NCBI GenBank assembly: GCA_965287045.1
Contig: OZ336889.1
Span: 41,912,001 to 41,976,000, forward strand
Reading direction: 5' to 3'
Length of the DNA stretch: 64,000 bases
Source: Carcharhinus amblyrhynchos
Taxonomy: Eukaryota
The notes beneath the pieces are model-generated. The model was not told the DNA's origin, did not search any database, and saw nothing but the letters and a program-made list of their open reading frames with translations. Position numbers and translations under genes: made by a program. Shown piece after piece: positions 11,490 to 24,179 of this stretch (within the stretch, counting starts at the first letter, position 1; each line of letters begins with the position of its first letter).

Positions 11490-13960
11490 CAATGTGTAAC
11501 TGGCGTGCATCTCACTCCACCATTATCAAACTAGGGGACCAACCCTGGTCCATAAGACAGCATGCCAAAAGCAGCACCAGACATCCTAAAATTGAAGCTA
11601 CAACACAGGATTACATGTGTGCTCGACAGCAGAAGCAGCATACTACAGATAGAGCTAAATAATCCCACAATCAACAGATCAGATCAAAGCTTTGCAGTCC
11701 TGTCACATCCATGAATGGTGGTGGACAATTCAATAAATAATCAGAGAAGGCTCCAAAAACAGTTCACCCTCAATTATGCAAATGTCTAGCATATTCATGC
11801 AAAAGGCAATGTTAATGCATTTGGAACCATTTTCAGCCAGAAATGGATAATCAATATGGGCCTCCTCCAGAGCTCCCCACCATCATAGATGTTAATAAAG
11901 AACAAAGAACAAAACAGTACAGGAAACAGGCCCTTCGGCCCAACGAGCCCGCATCGCCATTTTAACAATGTGCTTTTCCTCTTCCACCCTTGACCCATGT
12001 CTATGCTTATGGCACCCACATTGGAAACCAGATTGAGGGGAGAATAATTTAGGGACAATCTGTTACACCAATCAATCTAACAGCACATTTTTGGGGTGTG
12101 GGAGGAAACTGGAGCACCTGGAGGAAACCAGAGCACCCGGAGGAAACCCACGCAGCCACAGGGAGAATGAGCAAACTCCCACAGATATTGGCCCAAATCC
12201 TTGTATCTGTACAGCAAACAGTGATAGTTACTGAGCTGTCGTGGTGCCCATCTGGTTCAGACAAATCAATTTACTCTACATGATATTAAGAAACTCTTTA
12301 ATGAAGTCAATGCAGGAAAAGCCATGGGCCCTGGCAACATCCCGGCTATAGTACCGAAGACTTGTGCTCCAGAAATAGCTGCACCCTTAGCATTTACCTG
12401 ACACTGTGGAAAATTGTCCAGGTATGTCAAAAAGCAAGACCAATCTGATCAGGCAATTCCCATTCCACCAGTTTACATTCAAACATCAGCAAAATGGTGC
12501 AAGTTGGCATTGATTGTGTTATCAAGCAGCACCTCCTCAGCAACAACCTGCTCACCAATACTGAGTTTGGTCCAGTGAGGCCTCTTGACTCCAGACTTCT
12601 TGCAGCCTTCATTCAAATCTGGACAAAAGGGCTGATTTTCAGAAGTAAGGCAGTTTTTAATGGATTGTGGCATCAGCCCCAGGGAGAGAGCCCTAGTAAA
12701 ACTGAAATCAATGGGAATCGGTGACAAACTGTCCACTGGAATCGTACTTTGAACAAAAGGAAGATGGGTGTGCTTATTGGATGCTAGTCGTCTCAGCCCT
12801 AAGTTATCACTGCAGGAATTCCTCAGGGTGATGTCCCAGTCTGAAATATCTGCAGCTGCTTCATCAATGAACTTCTGTCCTTGGTGGGCTGAATGCTCCC
12901 CTTTTGCACTGTAAGGATTCCATGATTCTATAAGATCAGAAGTAGACCAATTGGCTGTTGGCTATACGATGTTCAGTTCCTTTGGTAACTCCTGAAATAC
13001 GAAGCAGTGCAGTCCCACATGCAGCAACTCTAAACATCATTCAAAACTGTGATGTGTAGCACAGATGTTACTTGCCACTGCCATCTCCAACAAGAGAGAA
13101 AGTCTAACAACTTCGATTCGACATTTAATGTATTACCACCAACATCTTGGAGGTCACTGCAGTCCAGGAACTTATTGAGCTAGGCACCTAAATAACGTTA
13201 CCACAATAGCAGTTCAGCAGTGAGGTATCACGTGGCAAATAACTCACTTCTGTACTCCCTCGAGCCATTCCACTATTTACAAGGCACAAATCAAGAATAT
13301 GATGAATACTCTGCAATGCCTGGATTAGTGCAACAACATTGGAGAAGTGTGACACAATCCAGAACAAAGCAGCCAGTATAATTGGCACCCTATCCAATAC
13401 CATAAATATGCAATCCTCCCTCTATCACCTGCCAAAGTTCCTTTGATCGCACTTCCTCAAATCCACGACCTCCATGAAGAACAAAAGTCACCACTATTTC
13501 AAAGTTTTCCTTTAGATCACAGACCATCCTTACTTGGAACCATAATTGCTATTGCTTCTCTGTTGCTCTGTCAAAACCTTGGCACACTCTCCCTAACAGC
13601 ACTGCGGATGTATCTTCACCACATGGACTGCAGCAGTTTAAAGCAGCAGATCATTACCATCTTCTCCAGGACAATTGGGGACAGGCAATAAATGCTGGCC
13701 TGGCCAGCAACATGATGTGGGTATGCCAGCGTTGGACTGGCGTAAACACAGTAAAAAGTCTGACAACACCAGGTTTTAATCCAACCGATTTATTTGATAA
13801 TACTCACAAGCTTTCGAGGTTTCCCTCTTCGTCAGGTGAACTCTCCATTCACCTGACGAAGAGGGAAACCTCGAAAGCTTGAGAGTATTATCAAATAAAT
13901 CGGTTGGACTAAAACCTGGTGTTGTCAGACTTTTTACTGTGGCCAGCAACACCCAGATTC
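11490..13960 (+). mobile_element. Decayed CR1-group LINE with nested CR1 tail, SINE and Penelope insertions
   Basis: RT-like remnants (AMGPGNIPAIV.KTCAPE near 12320; IPQG and FINEL near 12820-12875). The 3' tail GGCAATAAATGCTGGCC..CCAGCAACACCCAGATTCC is split by the element at 13713. Confidence 0.7.
13713..13939. mobile_element. Penelope-derived fold-back mini-element with hammerhead cores on both strands
   Basis: 12-bp TSD TGGCCAGCAACA (13701-13712 and 13940-13951). Arms 13747-13840 and 13848-13941 with a 7-nt loop. Motif CTGACGA-A-GAGG-GAAA-CCTC-GAAA-GCTT on both strands. Confidence 0.9.
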
Positions 13961-15326
13961 CGCGAAAGGAAAAAAAAATCTTAAGCACTTTTCCAAGAGT
14001 TAAGCTGCAAAAAAAACCCCAAAATGTACTTAGGCCCTCAGCTCAAGTTCTAGAGATTGAAAGTAGTTACCACCAATGAAATACTGAATATTTTTAGGCA
14101 TCATTGTAGAATATACATTTTACAATATTTTATTTAGCGGGTTCAAGTACCGACTTTGATGCTGCTATGGTTAGTGCGCAATTTTTTTACTATAGTAACT
14201 GGTAATTGGAAATGTAAGTAAAGCACTATGGGACTGCACAAATTTGAAGCTGCAGCTAATGCAGTACTGCAACAGCTTATTTTCAGTTTTGCTTGGAAAT
14301 AACAGTGCAGCCCATAAAAATGATGATATACCCTTGCCTGCCAAATAGTTGATAGAGATTGAATAGGTTCAGAATTCTAACAACCAAGCTTGGAGACCAC
14401 ACCTCATTGAAAATTAGATCACTTCCTTTCCACAATTGACTGCCGAGAGATCATACCGACAAAACAATCTGTTCTACGTGTAAGAATGTACATTGAAAAA
14501 TATACGTCTGAAAAATAAGTGACTTAAAAACAGAGAAAAGCAATTGATGCAATTTGTTACAATCTCCATAGAGACCAATAATCTTTAAAGAGAAAATCAA
14601 ACTTCTAGTTAATAGCCAAAAGGATGACACAGGATTTCAAATATTAAACCTTTTACTCTTTCAACTGATTAAAACACCTACTATTGACTAAACACTATTA
14701 TTGTTTGTAGGTTATTTATATTTTGTACTATAGAGATAAATGGTTCCCTTTTTATTAATCACATTCTCCACAGGATTATATTTCCTACAACAAACAGTTG
14801 TTTCCTACAATTCACAGTTGTTCCTAGTTTCCAATGTGTTGCTTCCTTTTCACTTTCCCAGCCAGGTCACTTTTAATCACAGCACACACTTTCCCAGTGC
14901 AGGTTATTGTAATGCTTGGTACAAGCATGAGGATATTGGATATTACAGACTGTGAATGGCTGTAACTTAACATGCAACCATGGGCATTTAAAGTGTCGAC
15001 AGCATCTGCGTTTGTATCTAATATTTAGTTAAGCACGGACTTATACAAGGAAACTTTGCAACGACCGATGAAATTTAGGCATCTCATTATTTGAGGATGA
15101 ACCTGTGTTTGAGGAACATAGGATTTAACACATGCCAAATAGAATAAAGGAGAACATTTGAGCTCAAACTGGGACAGATATATATTAAAACAATGTCAAC
15201 TGCCATTTATAATGGTAGTCTGGACCCCAGATGTATCATTCAGGGACGGCAAAGCAAATTCAATAGAGAAACTTCTGGAACAGCCAAATCATCATAGCTG
15301 AAAGTCTTTTAATGCAGCCAGTTTAT

Positions 15327-15525
15327 TCTACATCAATGGGGATGAAGTAGAAAGAAAGGGTTGAGAGCTTCAAGTTTTTAGGTGTCCAGATCACCAACAA
15401 CCTGGCCTGGTTCCCCTTTGCTGACACTATAGCTAAGAAAGCCTACCAATGCCAATGCCTCTACTTTCTCAGAAGACTAAGGAAATTTGGCATGTCAGCT
15501 ACGACTCTTACCAGCTTTTACAGAT
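15327..15525 (+). repeat. 199-bp inverted duplicate of 16195-16393
   Basis: Reverse complement of 16195-16393 with one mismatch by eye. Confidence 0.92.
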
Positions 15526-15734
15526 CCAGTTTCCAAATCCACCTGAGAACCAATATCCTGGCTATTTATCTACAAGAAGCTTCACAGCTACATGACAATC
15601 TTTTATTTCTAAAAATCTTTCACTTTAATTGAAGTATCACCTCAATTAAGATGCCATTAGGTCAGCACAGAGAATGGAATTTATATCTGTTATAATCATG
15701 GCTTTAACTACATCTGCATATAATGCTTTTATGT

Positions 15735-16640
15735 TTGATTTGATTTGTTATTTCACATGCATTAACATACAGTGAAAAGTATTGTTTCTTGCACGCTATC
15801 CAGACAAAACATACTATCCATAGAGAAGGAAACGAGACAGTGCAGAATGTAGTGTTACAGTCATAGGTAGGGTGTAGAAAGATCAACTTAATACAAGGTA
15901 AGTCCATTCAAAAGTCTGACAGCAGCAGAGAAGAAGCTGCTCGAGTCAGTTGGTACATGACCTCAGACTTGTATCTTTTTCTCAAAAGGCGGCAGCAGAA
16001 GAGAGAATGCCCAGGGTGAGTGGGGTCCTTAATTATGCTGGCCAAGGGAACTGTAGACAGAGTCAATGGATGGAAGCTGGTTTGCGTGATGGATTAGGCT
16101 ACATTCATGATTTTTTGTAGTTTCTTGCAGTCTTGGGCAGAGCAGGAGCCATACCAAGCAGCGATACATCCAGAAAGAATGCTTTCTATGGCGCATCTGT
16201 AAAAGCTGGTAAGAGTCGTAGCTGACATGCCAAATTTCCTTAGTCTTCTGAGAAAGTAGAGGCATTGGCATTGGTAGGCTTTCTTAGCTATAGTGTCAGC
16301 AAAGGGGGACCAGGCCAGGTTGTTGGTGATCTGGACACCTAAAAACTTGAAGCTCTCAACCCTTTCTTTCTACTTCATCCCCATTGATGTAGACAGGAAC
16401 ATGTTCTCCTTTACGCTTCCTGAAATCAATGACAATGTCCTTGGCATTAAAGGAGAGATTATTGTTGCTGCACCAGTTTCTCTATCTCATTCCTGTATTT
16501 TGTCTTGTCAATGTTTGAGATCCGACCCACTATGATGGTGTCGTCAGCAAACTTGAAAACTGAATTGGAGAGGAATTTGGCCATAAAGTCATAGGTGTAG
16601 GAGTAGTAAGGGGCTGAGAACACAGTCTTGTAGTGCACCT
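15735..16640 (-). mobile_element. Rex/Babar-like LINE 3' portion (RT C-terminus, decayed)
   Basis: FKFADDTIIVGRISN..KYRNEIEKLV; LYFLRRLRKFGMS; ESILSGCIAAWYGSC; (AATCA)n-type tail near 15735. Confidence 0.8.
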
Positions 16641-17099
16641 TTTGTGCATTGTAAGAGAGATGAGTAATTGAGAGGTTGCATTTTAAAAATCTGGGGCAAG
16701 TGAGATAATAAATGAACTTCTTTAATTTTAGGATCAACAAAAAGCCTGCTGTTGAAATTTATTTTAAATAAGCTGGGCAAATCTTCCAGTCTCTTAATTC
16801 CTCACAAATCCAGTCTTCCATCTGAGCACAACTCACCGTTGTGACCTTTTACTTCAATATGGAACTAGCTGCCTACAACTGCCAACAACCCACTAAGACC
16901 ACAATCCAAGTCTTTCACATCTGTTTTTTATGTGCACAAGATTATACCATTTCTCTTCCCTTCCCAAGCAATTTTTTTTTAAACCAGAGACAAGCATAGT
17001 AATGGATTACTGTCATAGAACATTTTCTAGCGTTATAACCATAAAAGGGTGATGACAAGGGATATTTCAAAGTTGTGGAGTAATTGACAATGAAATGAA

Positions 17100-18324
17100 A
17101 CACCACATGTACTCGTTAAAACTCAAATTTTTAAGGTTTTTGGAGAAGTCGGAGGGGTTAACTTTTACATAGGTTATGTTTTTGAAAGGATTGACATCTG
17201 TGTTTGATTTGGGTCAAGAAAAACTTGCAAATGGAATAATGTAAAAAGCAGCAACATTAAAGAATTCAGGTTAATTCCCTAACATTTATTTTACAATTTT
17301 ACAAACAATATTCATTTTATCCAGCACAATATAAATACATGCCTTAATGAAATAACTATAATACTTTAAAATTCTTTGAAATCACTATCAATTTCTCTCA
17401 ATAGCTTGATAACTGTATGGATCTTCTTCGACTCCAACATTAAATCGGTAGCACAGGTATCAACACTGCACAAGTGATTGTCCTCGATACTGTTCAGCAC
17501 ACCTTTGATCTTGTTTTTGCAACTACCTTCAACAATCCAGCCTCTTCAAAAGCATGGACAACACCTTTCTGAAATTTCTCTTTAGGGAAGACATTTTGCT
17601 TGAATCTCACCATCAGTTTAATATTATGCCATCTGCCATACAAGGTGGAACCATTGTGAATAGCCAGACATCTTTACAAGACTTTTCGCCAATCTTGGAA
17701 ATAGTCTTGTTTGCTGGCATGTCAAAGTTCATCAATCTTTCGTCCTTATTTCTGATGCAGGTCAATCAATGTGCATTATTCTTTTGGTGATTTTGTCAAA
17801 CTCAGGTAACAGGTGCAGTATAATAGTTGCTTTCTGCTGGAGTACTAAATTGCAGCTTTTCATGAATCTTGTGTAGCAACTGGAACCGGCTTTGAATACT
17901 GAAATACACGTTTGTTTCTTCGAGGTCGTAGAGTTGGATGTCTCCAAAGATAATGAGACCATTTTGACAAAACTTGTTAACCCATTCTGCCATTTTTCTC
18001 TACAGATTAAACGGAGCTCTGTACTTATTATTCTTCTGTGAAGGCATCATGATTGATAATATGGTAAACATTAATCTTGTCAACTGGCTAGGAAATTGTC
18101 ACTGAAATTAATTGGCATAGGGAAATCTAAAACATACAAATTCCCACACATGCCTTTTAAATTAATGAACTGCAGCAATTATCAGTAAGTAACTAATAAT
18201 TAAAGTGATTTGATTTCTGAAAAACTAGTCGATTTTTACATGCCTGTGGAAAAATTAGGGGTATTTCCAGACAAGTCATGGGTTGACTTTTGCACAAGAT
18301 GGATTTTTATACAGGTATATATGG
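17100..18324 (-). mobile_element. Decayed pogo/Tc2-like DNA transposon
   Basis: Frameshifted remnants MAEWVNKFCQNGLII and FKAGSSCYTRFMKSCNLVLQQKATI resemble the CENP-B-type HTH of pogo transposases. A degenerate terminal-repeat-like sequence lies at ~18280-18324. Left end uncertain. Confidence 0.6.
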
Positions 18325-19599
18325 AATAAGATTACTATCAAATTATTTTAGTGCTTGATATGTTTATGGGGAACTAAGTAGCAACTAATTCCTTCAGGCA
18401 TTTGGCATGTTCAGCATGGAGCCGAATAAGACAGCGGGCGGAAGTTTGCGTTCAATGTCCAGTCAGAAAGACTAATCTGGTATTGATGAAGATCCACAAA
18501 CATAACATATTTAAATGGACAAATCTGACCAATACAATTGACCTATCAAGAATTGGAAGCCACTAAACAGACTCAGCGAATCCATTTAGCAAAACAAAGG
18601 TTTAACGCCATACTCATGATAAATTTGGAATAGTATTCTGAAATTTCAGGTGGAAATTTCACAGTTAGATCATGGAAATTCCATGACATTCAAAATCCAG
18701 GAATTCCCCAACACCACTGTGGGTGAACCACTGCAGTCCCTATGCAAGTCAAGAAGTCAGTCCACCATCACCTTCTGAAGGACATCTAGGGATGGGCAAT
18801 AAAACGCTGATCAAGCTATGACGTTCATATCCCACAAAATTAATTTTTAAAAAATCAGCTTCCGAAAAACCTTCAAGATTCCAGATAAAACCTTCTGAAA
18901 GTTAAAAACTATGGAAGCCCAGATAGCATGTGGTATTTGATTTGAAGTTCAAATAATGATGGGAAACAGTGCATAACAGAGTGTAGTAGTGTGAGTTGTA
19001 ATGTCAAAGTGGCAAGAAGGGATGGAACGGAGAAAGATGTTGAGTGGAATACTACAAGGGTCAGTGCATGGATCTCTTATTTGGCTCCTGATGTGACCTG
19101 GATTTTAGAAGCAATTGAAAGCCTTTTCCATTTAGTTTAATTCAAGTCTGGCAATTATCTCAAGTCGTGACTCAAAGCATCAATAGTAGCCTCGATAAAG
19201 ATGGATTAAACCCATGAAGTAAATTTTAATTTCATGAAGTGCTCCTCGTGTCTAACCTGTTGGTTTTCCTACACTATCATATAGTTTTCGTTTAAGATGG
19301 ACAGTATCAGGTATGCACTCCATTAATCAAACATTTTGAAAATTCTTTAGTGCCTGAATGTAGCAAATCAAATTTACAGCCATTATTCTTATAAATACCT
19401 TATCTGTTCAATTAGCAGTCAAGGACAATCTTTCACAAAACAGGTCCAAAAGAATGACTGGCACAATCTTACAAAAAAAGTTGCAAGTGCCGAACAAGCA
19501 AGAAAATGGGAGAATTTCAGACTCATTTTTTGGATGAGTTTAAAAATACACAATCTGTGACACACTTGCCACTCTTTGGACAGGAGCACGATTGTCACC

Positions 19600-20468
19600 A
19601 ATTGGAGAGGATGGCAGTGAGGAGGGGAACAAGTACTCAGGGCTCTATTACGCAGGTACTGCCAATCTCCAACTGAACTGATATCTTTTTCCACCCGCCC
19701 CACCCCATCATTGGCTGCATTGTGACCCTTCCGGCAAATGGTCGCTGGCATCAGGATCCCTCCAGCCCTGCATGAGTCCCCCATCATGATTCCCTCTGTG
19801 GCCCTGCACAAACATGCCCTCCCCTTGGAGCCCCCTGCCCGCCATTTGAGGGGCTCCCTCCCAGCTGATAACCCTCTGCCCTCAGTGCTACCCTCCCTTG
19901 CAGAGCTCCCCCCTTGCCTCCTCCACTGCAGAGATTCATCCTTGTTCCCCCACTGCACAGCTCCTTCCCCCTCCCCCCCCCCCAGCAGCACTCTTCCCTC
20001 CTTCAACCTGCACAACAGCACCCCCCCTGCCCTTTGCTTCACCGTGTCATTTGTCACAGACCGTCTTTAGCACTGTCCCTGGCATAGTTCGGTGCTCAGT
20101 GGGCACTGTCAGGCTGGCACCACCCCATGGGCACTGTCCAACTATGTCCCTAATCATCCAGGGATTTCAATGCCTCAGATTCCCCCCAGGTAGGTCAACA
20201 TATATTGTGTCCACTGGTGAGACCAGCTGTGATTCTTGCCGGTGAAAGGACCGATTGGCAAAGGAGTAAGTACAAGTGAGCTCGGGACCCACTAATGACA
20301 TAGGCTTCACATCCCTTCTAGATGCAAAGCCAATTTCATCAGAAAACAGATGGTAAGATTGCAAATGGTTAAAAAAAAACAAGCGTGAATGTGATTATTT
20401 GCCTCACGTAATCTTCCGGCTCACCGCACTGATCAACCAGAGAAGTGAGCTGGTAAGATTGCAGCCAG
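19600..20468. mobile_element. GC-rich non-autonomous DNA-transposon-like repeat
   Basis: GC island with C-rich low complexity and a terminal GGTAAGATTGCAGCC similar to the ends of the neighbouring MITE-like elements; no credible ORF. Confidence 0.45.
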
Positions 20469-20592
20469 AATTTCAGGACAGGATTTCCTTTTCACGGAAA
20501 ATTGGAATGAATTAAGCAGGATTAGATTCCCAGGTTGATTTGGAAGAAGATTCTTTCAGTGAAGAAATATTGAAGACCACAATAGTTACACT

Positions 20593-21763
20593 GGGCCTAA
20601 TTTTACCATTTTCATTCTAAGTGCTGAGTCTGGGCATAGTACAGATGGGACTTAGAAATCCGCTTTCAGGCGCCCTCATACCCTCTCTGCCATCTCCGGT
20701 CCAAATTGTGCTGTGGATGGGGCTTAGCACTGCCAGAACGACCAGAACTCTGAACTACACATGCGCAGTTACACAAAAATTGGAAAAAGCACACCCGTGT
20801 CAGGTCACTCCCAAGCCACAGAAAGCGGCCTGGGAGTGAAAAGCAGGAGCGAGGGTGTATTGGAGGGGTGGCTAAAATGTATTTTGGGGGTGGTGGGGAG
20901 AAGCAGATGAATCTTTGGTGCGGAGGGCTCTGCCACTTTGCAGGTGATCAGTGGGGGAGGGGACAGGGGTGGCAAAATCAGTGGGGGGTTGGATAAGGGG
21001 GGACTATGATGTGTGTAGGTAGTGGGGGGGGGGGGGGGGGGGGGTGGATAAGGGGAACACACATCACTGCCCCTTTTATCCATGCCTCCACTACCTAGAC
21101 CGATCGCCACCCCTGCCCCCTCCCCCCACACCAATCGCCCAGAGTGGCAGCAGACTGCCCTACCACCCCCACCAGACATCCATCTGCCCCTCCCCACCAG
21201 ACATCCAACTGACCCACTTCCCTCCTCCTCACTCCCCCAACCAGACCACAATCTGACCTCACTCCCCTCCCCAACCAGACAGCAATCTGACCTCACTCCC
21301 TTCCTCCCCCCTCCCCAACCAGACAGCGATCTGATCTCACATCCCTCCTTACCATGCCCCCAACCAGAGAATGATCTGACCTGCCTCCACCCCCACCACT
21401 GATCTGAGTCACAGAGCTGTTGCAAACAATGAAGGTGCTCTTCGGAGGCTGGAGCACCCGACTCAGACTTTTATTTAGCAGGTCCTTAATGGCGTGGTCC
21501 CAGATTGGCGAACACAGCAGTAAAGGGGGAAATGCTGATAGAATTGGGCAGGCAGTTCATTAATTCAATTTAAATGCATTCAAATACATTTAAATTGTCA
21601 TTGCATCCGATTTGGGTATGGAACTGATCCCTGCCATTCGCGGGTCTTGGTAAAGTCATGATCTGCTCGGACTCGGGTGCAGATCGCGATAAAGGCCTCA
21701 CACCCGATTTTACTACGATTTTGCACCCAAAAACGGGCGCAAATTGTTAGTAAAATGGGGCCC
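20593..21763. mobile_element. Non-autonomous DNA transposon (Harbinger-like MITE) with internal G-run and C-rich degenerate repeats
   Basis: Terminal inverted repeats GGGCCTAATTTTACCA / TAGTAAAATGGGGCCC (13/16). Poly-G at ~21023-21045 and recurring CCCCAACCAGAC...ATCTGACC units. Confidence 0.65.
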
Positions 21764-22108
21764 TATATATCCTAGTCGAATTTGCAGATGAATACAGAAG
21801 ATGTTTACAAATTATGAACACAGTCTCTCAAGACAGACATTAAATTCTTGGCAGACCATCAGATTCCAATTTTTTCCATTTCACAAATATCATGAAGTAT
21901 AAACTTTTTCTGAAGCTATCACGAGGTGGTTGTGGGGGTGGGGGGTGGACTGGCGAAGGGAAGCACTCCAAGAAGAGAAGTACAAACAAACAAGAGAACA
22001 TCTTCTGGCTAATAGCCATCCAATTCTTCTAAATCTTTGAAACTACAATGCACAACCTGATATAATTTTGGACAGACTACACGAGAGGAAAGAAAAAGTT
22101 AGATAGTA

Positions 22109-22388
22109 CGGCACGGTGGCACAGTGGTTAGCACTGCTGCCCACAGCATCAGGGACCTCGGTTCAATTCCAGCTTTGGGTGACTGCGTGGAGTTTGCACA
22201 TTTTCTCCATGTCGGTGTGGGTTTCTTCCAGTTGCCTCCCACAGTCCAACGATGTGTAGGTTAGGTGGTTTAACCATGGAAAATGTGAGAGGTTGGAGAA
22301 AAGGGCCTGAGTAAGATACTCTGCAAGAGAGTCAGTACAAACTTGATAGGCTGAATGGCTGCCTTCTGCACTGTAGGGATCTTATGAT
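22109..22388 (+). mobile_element. HE1-like tRNA-derived V-SINE (CR1-type tail)
   Basis: GGCACGGTGGCACAGTGGTTAGCACTGCTGCC head, GGTTCAATTCC B box, V-core GTGGAGTTTGCAC...GTGGGTTTC, tail CCTTCTGCACTGTAGGGAT. Confidence 0.88.
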
Positions 22389-24179
22389 ATAAATTCGCCA
22401 TTTCATTTCTAAATACTCTTTCCAATTGTACAAAAACAACCTTCCAAGCAATTCACTATGCTTTAAGATTAAATTTTAAGCCAGTTGACAAATAGGTTAA
22501 CGGTTCAGGTTTTTACCATTGGTTACACCAGATATTGAACAAGTTGCCCAATTATCTCCCAATAACTCAAACAGTGCACTAACAGGACAAATATTTAAAG
22601 CTAAATTATGAATTGTTTGCTAATTATGAAGTGTCATTTTACCATTGGGTCGCCATCATTGCCCCAAAAATAGGGGGTAGTTCGCTACTTATGCCTGACT
22701 GCAGACTTCCCAATGGAACTGCAGAACAAGTAAACTTTAGGTGTCCATTAAATAATCTCATGAGTTAGCTTCACCTGACTATCCTGTAAGTGAACCCACG
22801 TCCAGTTGCTTTAATTTAAACATGAATCGGACACTGAATGTTATTCCTTAAACTAATCCAATTGCAACTGTCAAGCGATTCACTGAGTATGAAAAGCCTG
22901 GATGAGATTCAAGTAAACATTCAAGTACAATATGTAACAACCCTTCATTCTAATGGGCAAATGTAAATGGTTTCCAGAGATTAAAATAAAATCTTTGGTA
23001 ATTTAGTTCAATAGGCATACCTTCATGCCTATTGAGTTCTACCTTGCTACAATGATCTGTCTCCCTGTAATGATTTGTAATCAGGTTGGAACCAGATCAT
23101 CAGCTTCTTGTATTTATCACAGGTTAAAGAAGTTCTTCTGGTGCACAGCACTGTCAATCAAGCAAGCAAGCTAGCTTCAAAGACACAATGGAATATAATG
23201 AACATGGCACTATTTTTGAATTATTACCTCAATCTCATCCAGGATTTCATATATATTTAATATCTGGACAGTTATAAATGGATTGGTCCTAGGGATAGCA
23301 TTCAATTTCCTGTTAATGTGTAAATCAAACACTTAGCAAAGCGGTTGCTTATGGAGGACATCAGTGAAGCTAATTCATATGAATGTCTAAGGGAAAATCA
23401 GTTTATTTCAGTTTACAATTTCACTGGAAAGTCAAACATTTATATCTTGGGTAGAGGCCCACGCTCCTAATTTCAAGGCAATGATTTATTCTGCTGCTGA
23501 ATGAAGCAGCTTGAAGTGGTCTTCTGTCCACAGATTCCGCAGCTTCTCAGAAAACCTTTGGGCAATTCTAAACATAGATGAAATTTCTACTGCGAGAATT
23601 CTGCCTGGGTGTATATGATGTCAAATATTTCTATTTAAAATGTCCCATTTAGCTTCCCTGATGGCACAGAAAGTATATACACTGAGCAACTGAACTACAA
23701 AAACCAAGAACATTCCAGTCACGATCTTCTTGGTCATCAGCCACCTTTGCAGGAGGGTGATAGACCTAATGGGCCATGGACAGGAAACAGGTTTTTTTTT
23801 AAAAAAACTACATGGTGTTCACCGATGGCCATCTGGTGATCCCTGCTGGAAGTATGAATATTACTATATCTACATACATAGATATGCTATTCATCCAGTA
23901 ATATAAAAGCAAAATACTGCAGATGCTGAAGATTGGAAATAAAATCAGAAATTGCTCCAAGTGCTTTGCATCTGTTTTTGAGTCCAGACTCTTATTCAGA
24001 GATGCTAACCTGCTTGGATTTAGTTTTCAATCCCTGCAGCTGAATGGCTCATGTCACCACCAGGGCTTACACATGATTAGTGACCATTTGCCAAATTATC
24101 AAAAGAGTAACTGGTATCTGAGAATCACATTCCAAGAAATTAGTCAAGTGGAGAAGGGTGCAGGAGGAAAAAAAAGTTA

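Noticed and set aside
10987-13939. CRISPR-like array or conserved miRNA genes
   Set aside because: The palindromes are isolated insertions with TSDs and clear homology to the Penelope terminus; there is no repeat-spacer periodicity and no cas-like ORF.
19419-21425. Long Gly/Pro-rich ORFs (212 aa, 206 aa and overlapping frames)
   Set aside because: They come from GC-rich low-complexity interiors of non-autonomous repeats; no domain motifs and open in several frames.
22109-22180. tRNA gene (also at the other SINE heads)
   Set aside because: A and B boxes run straight into the V-SINE core and tail; no complete cloverleaf is evident.
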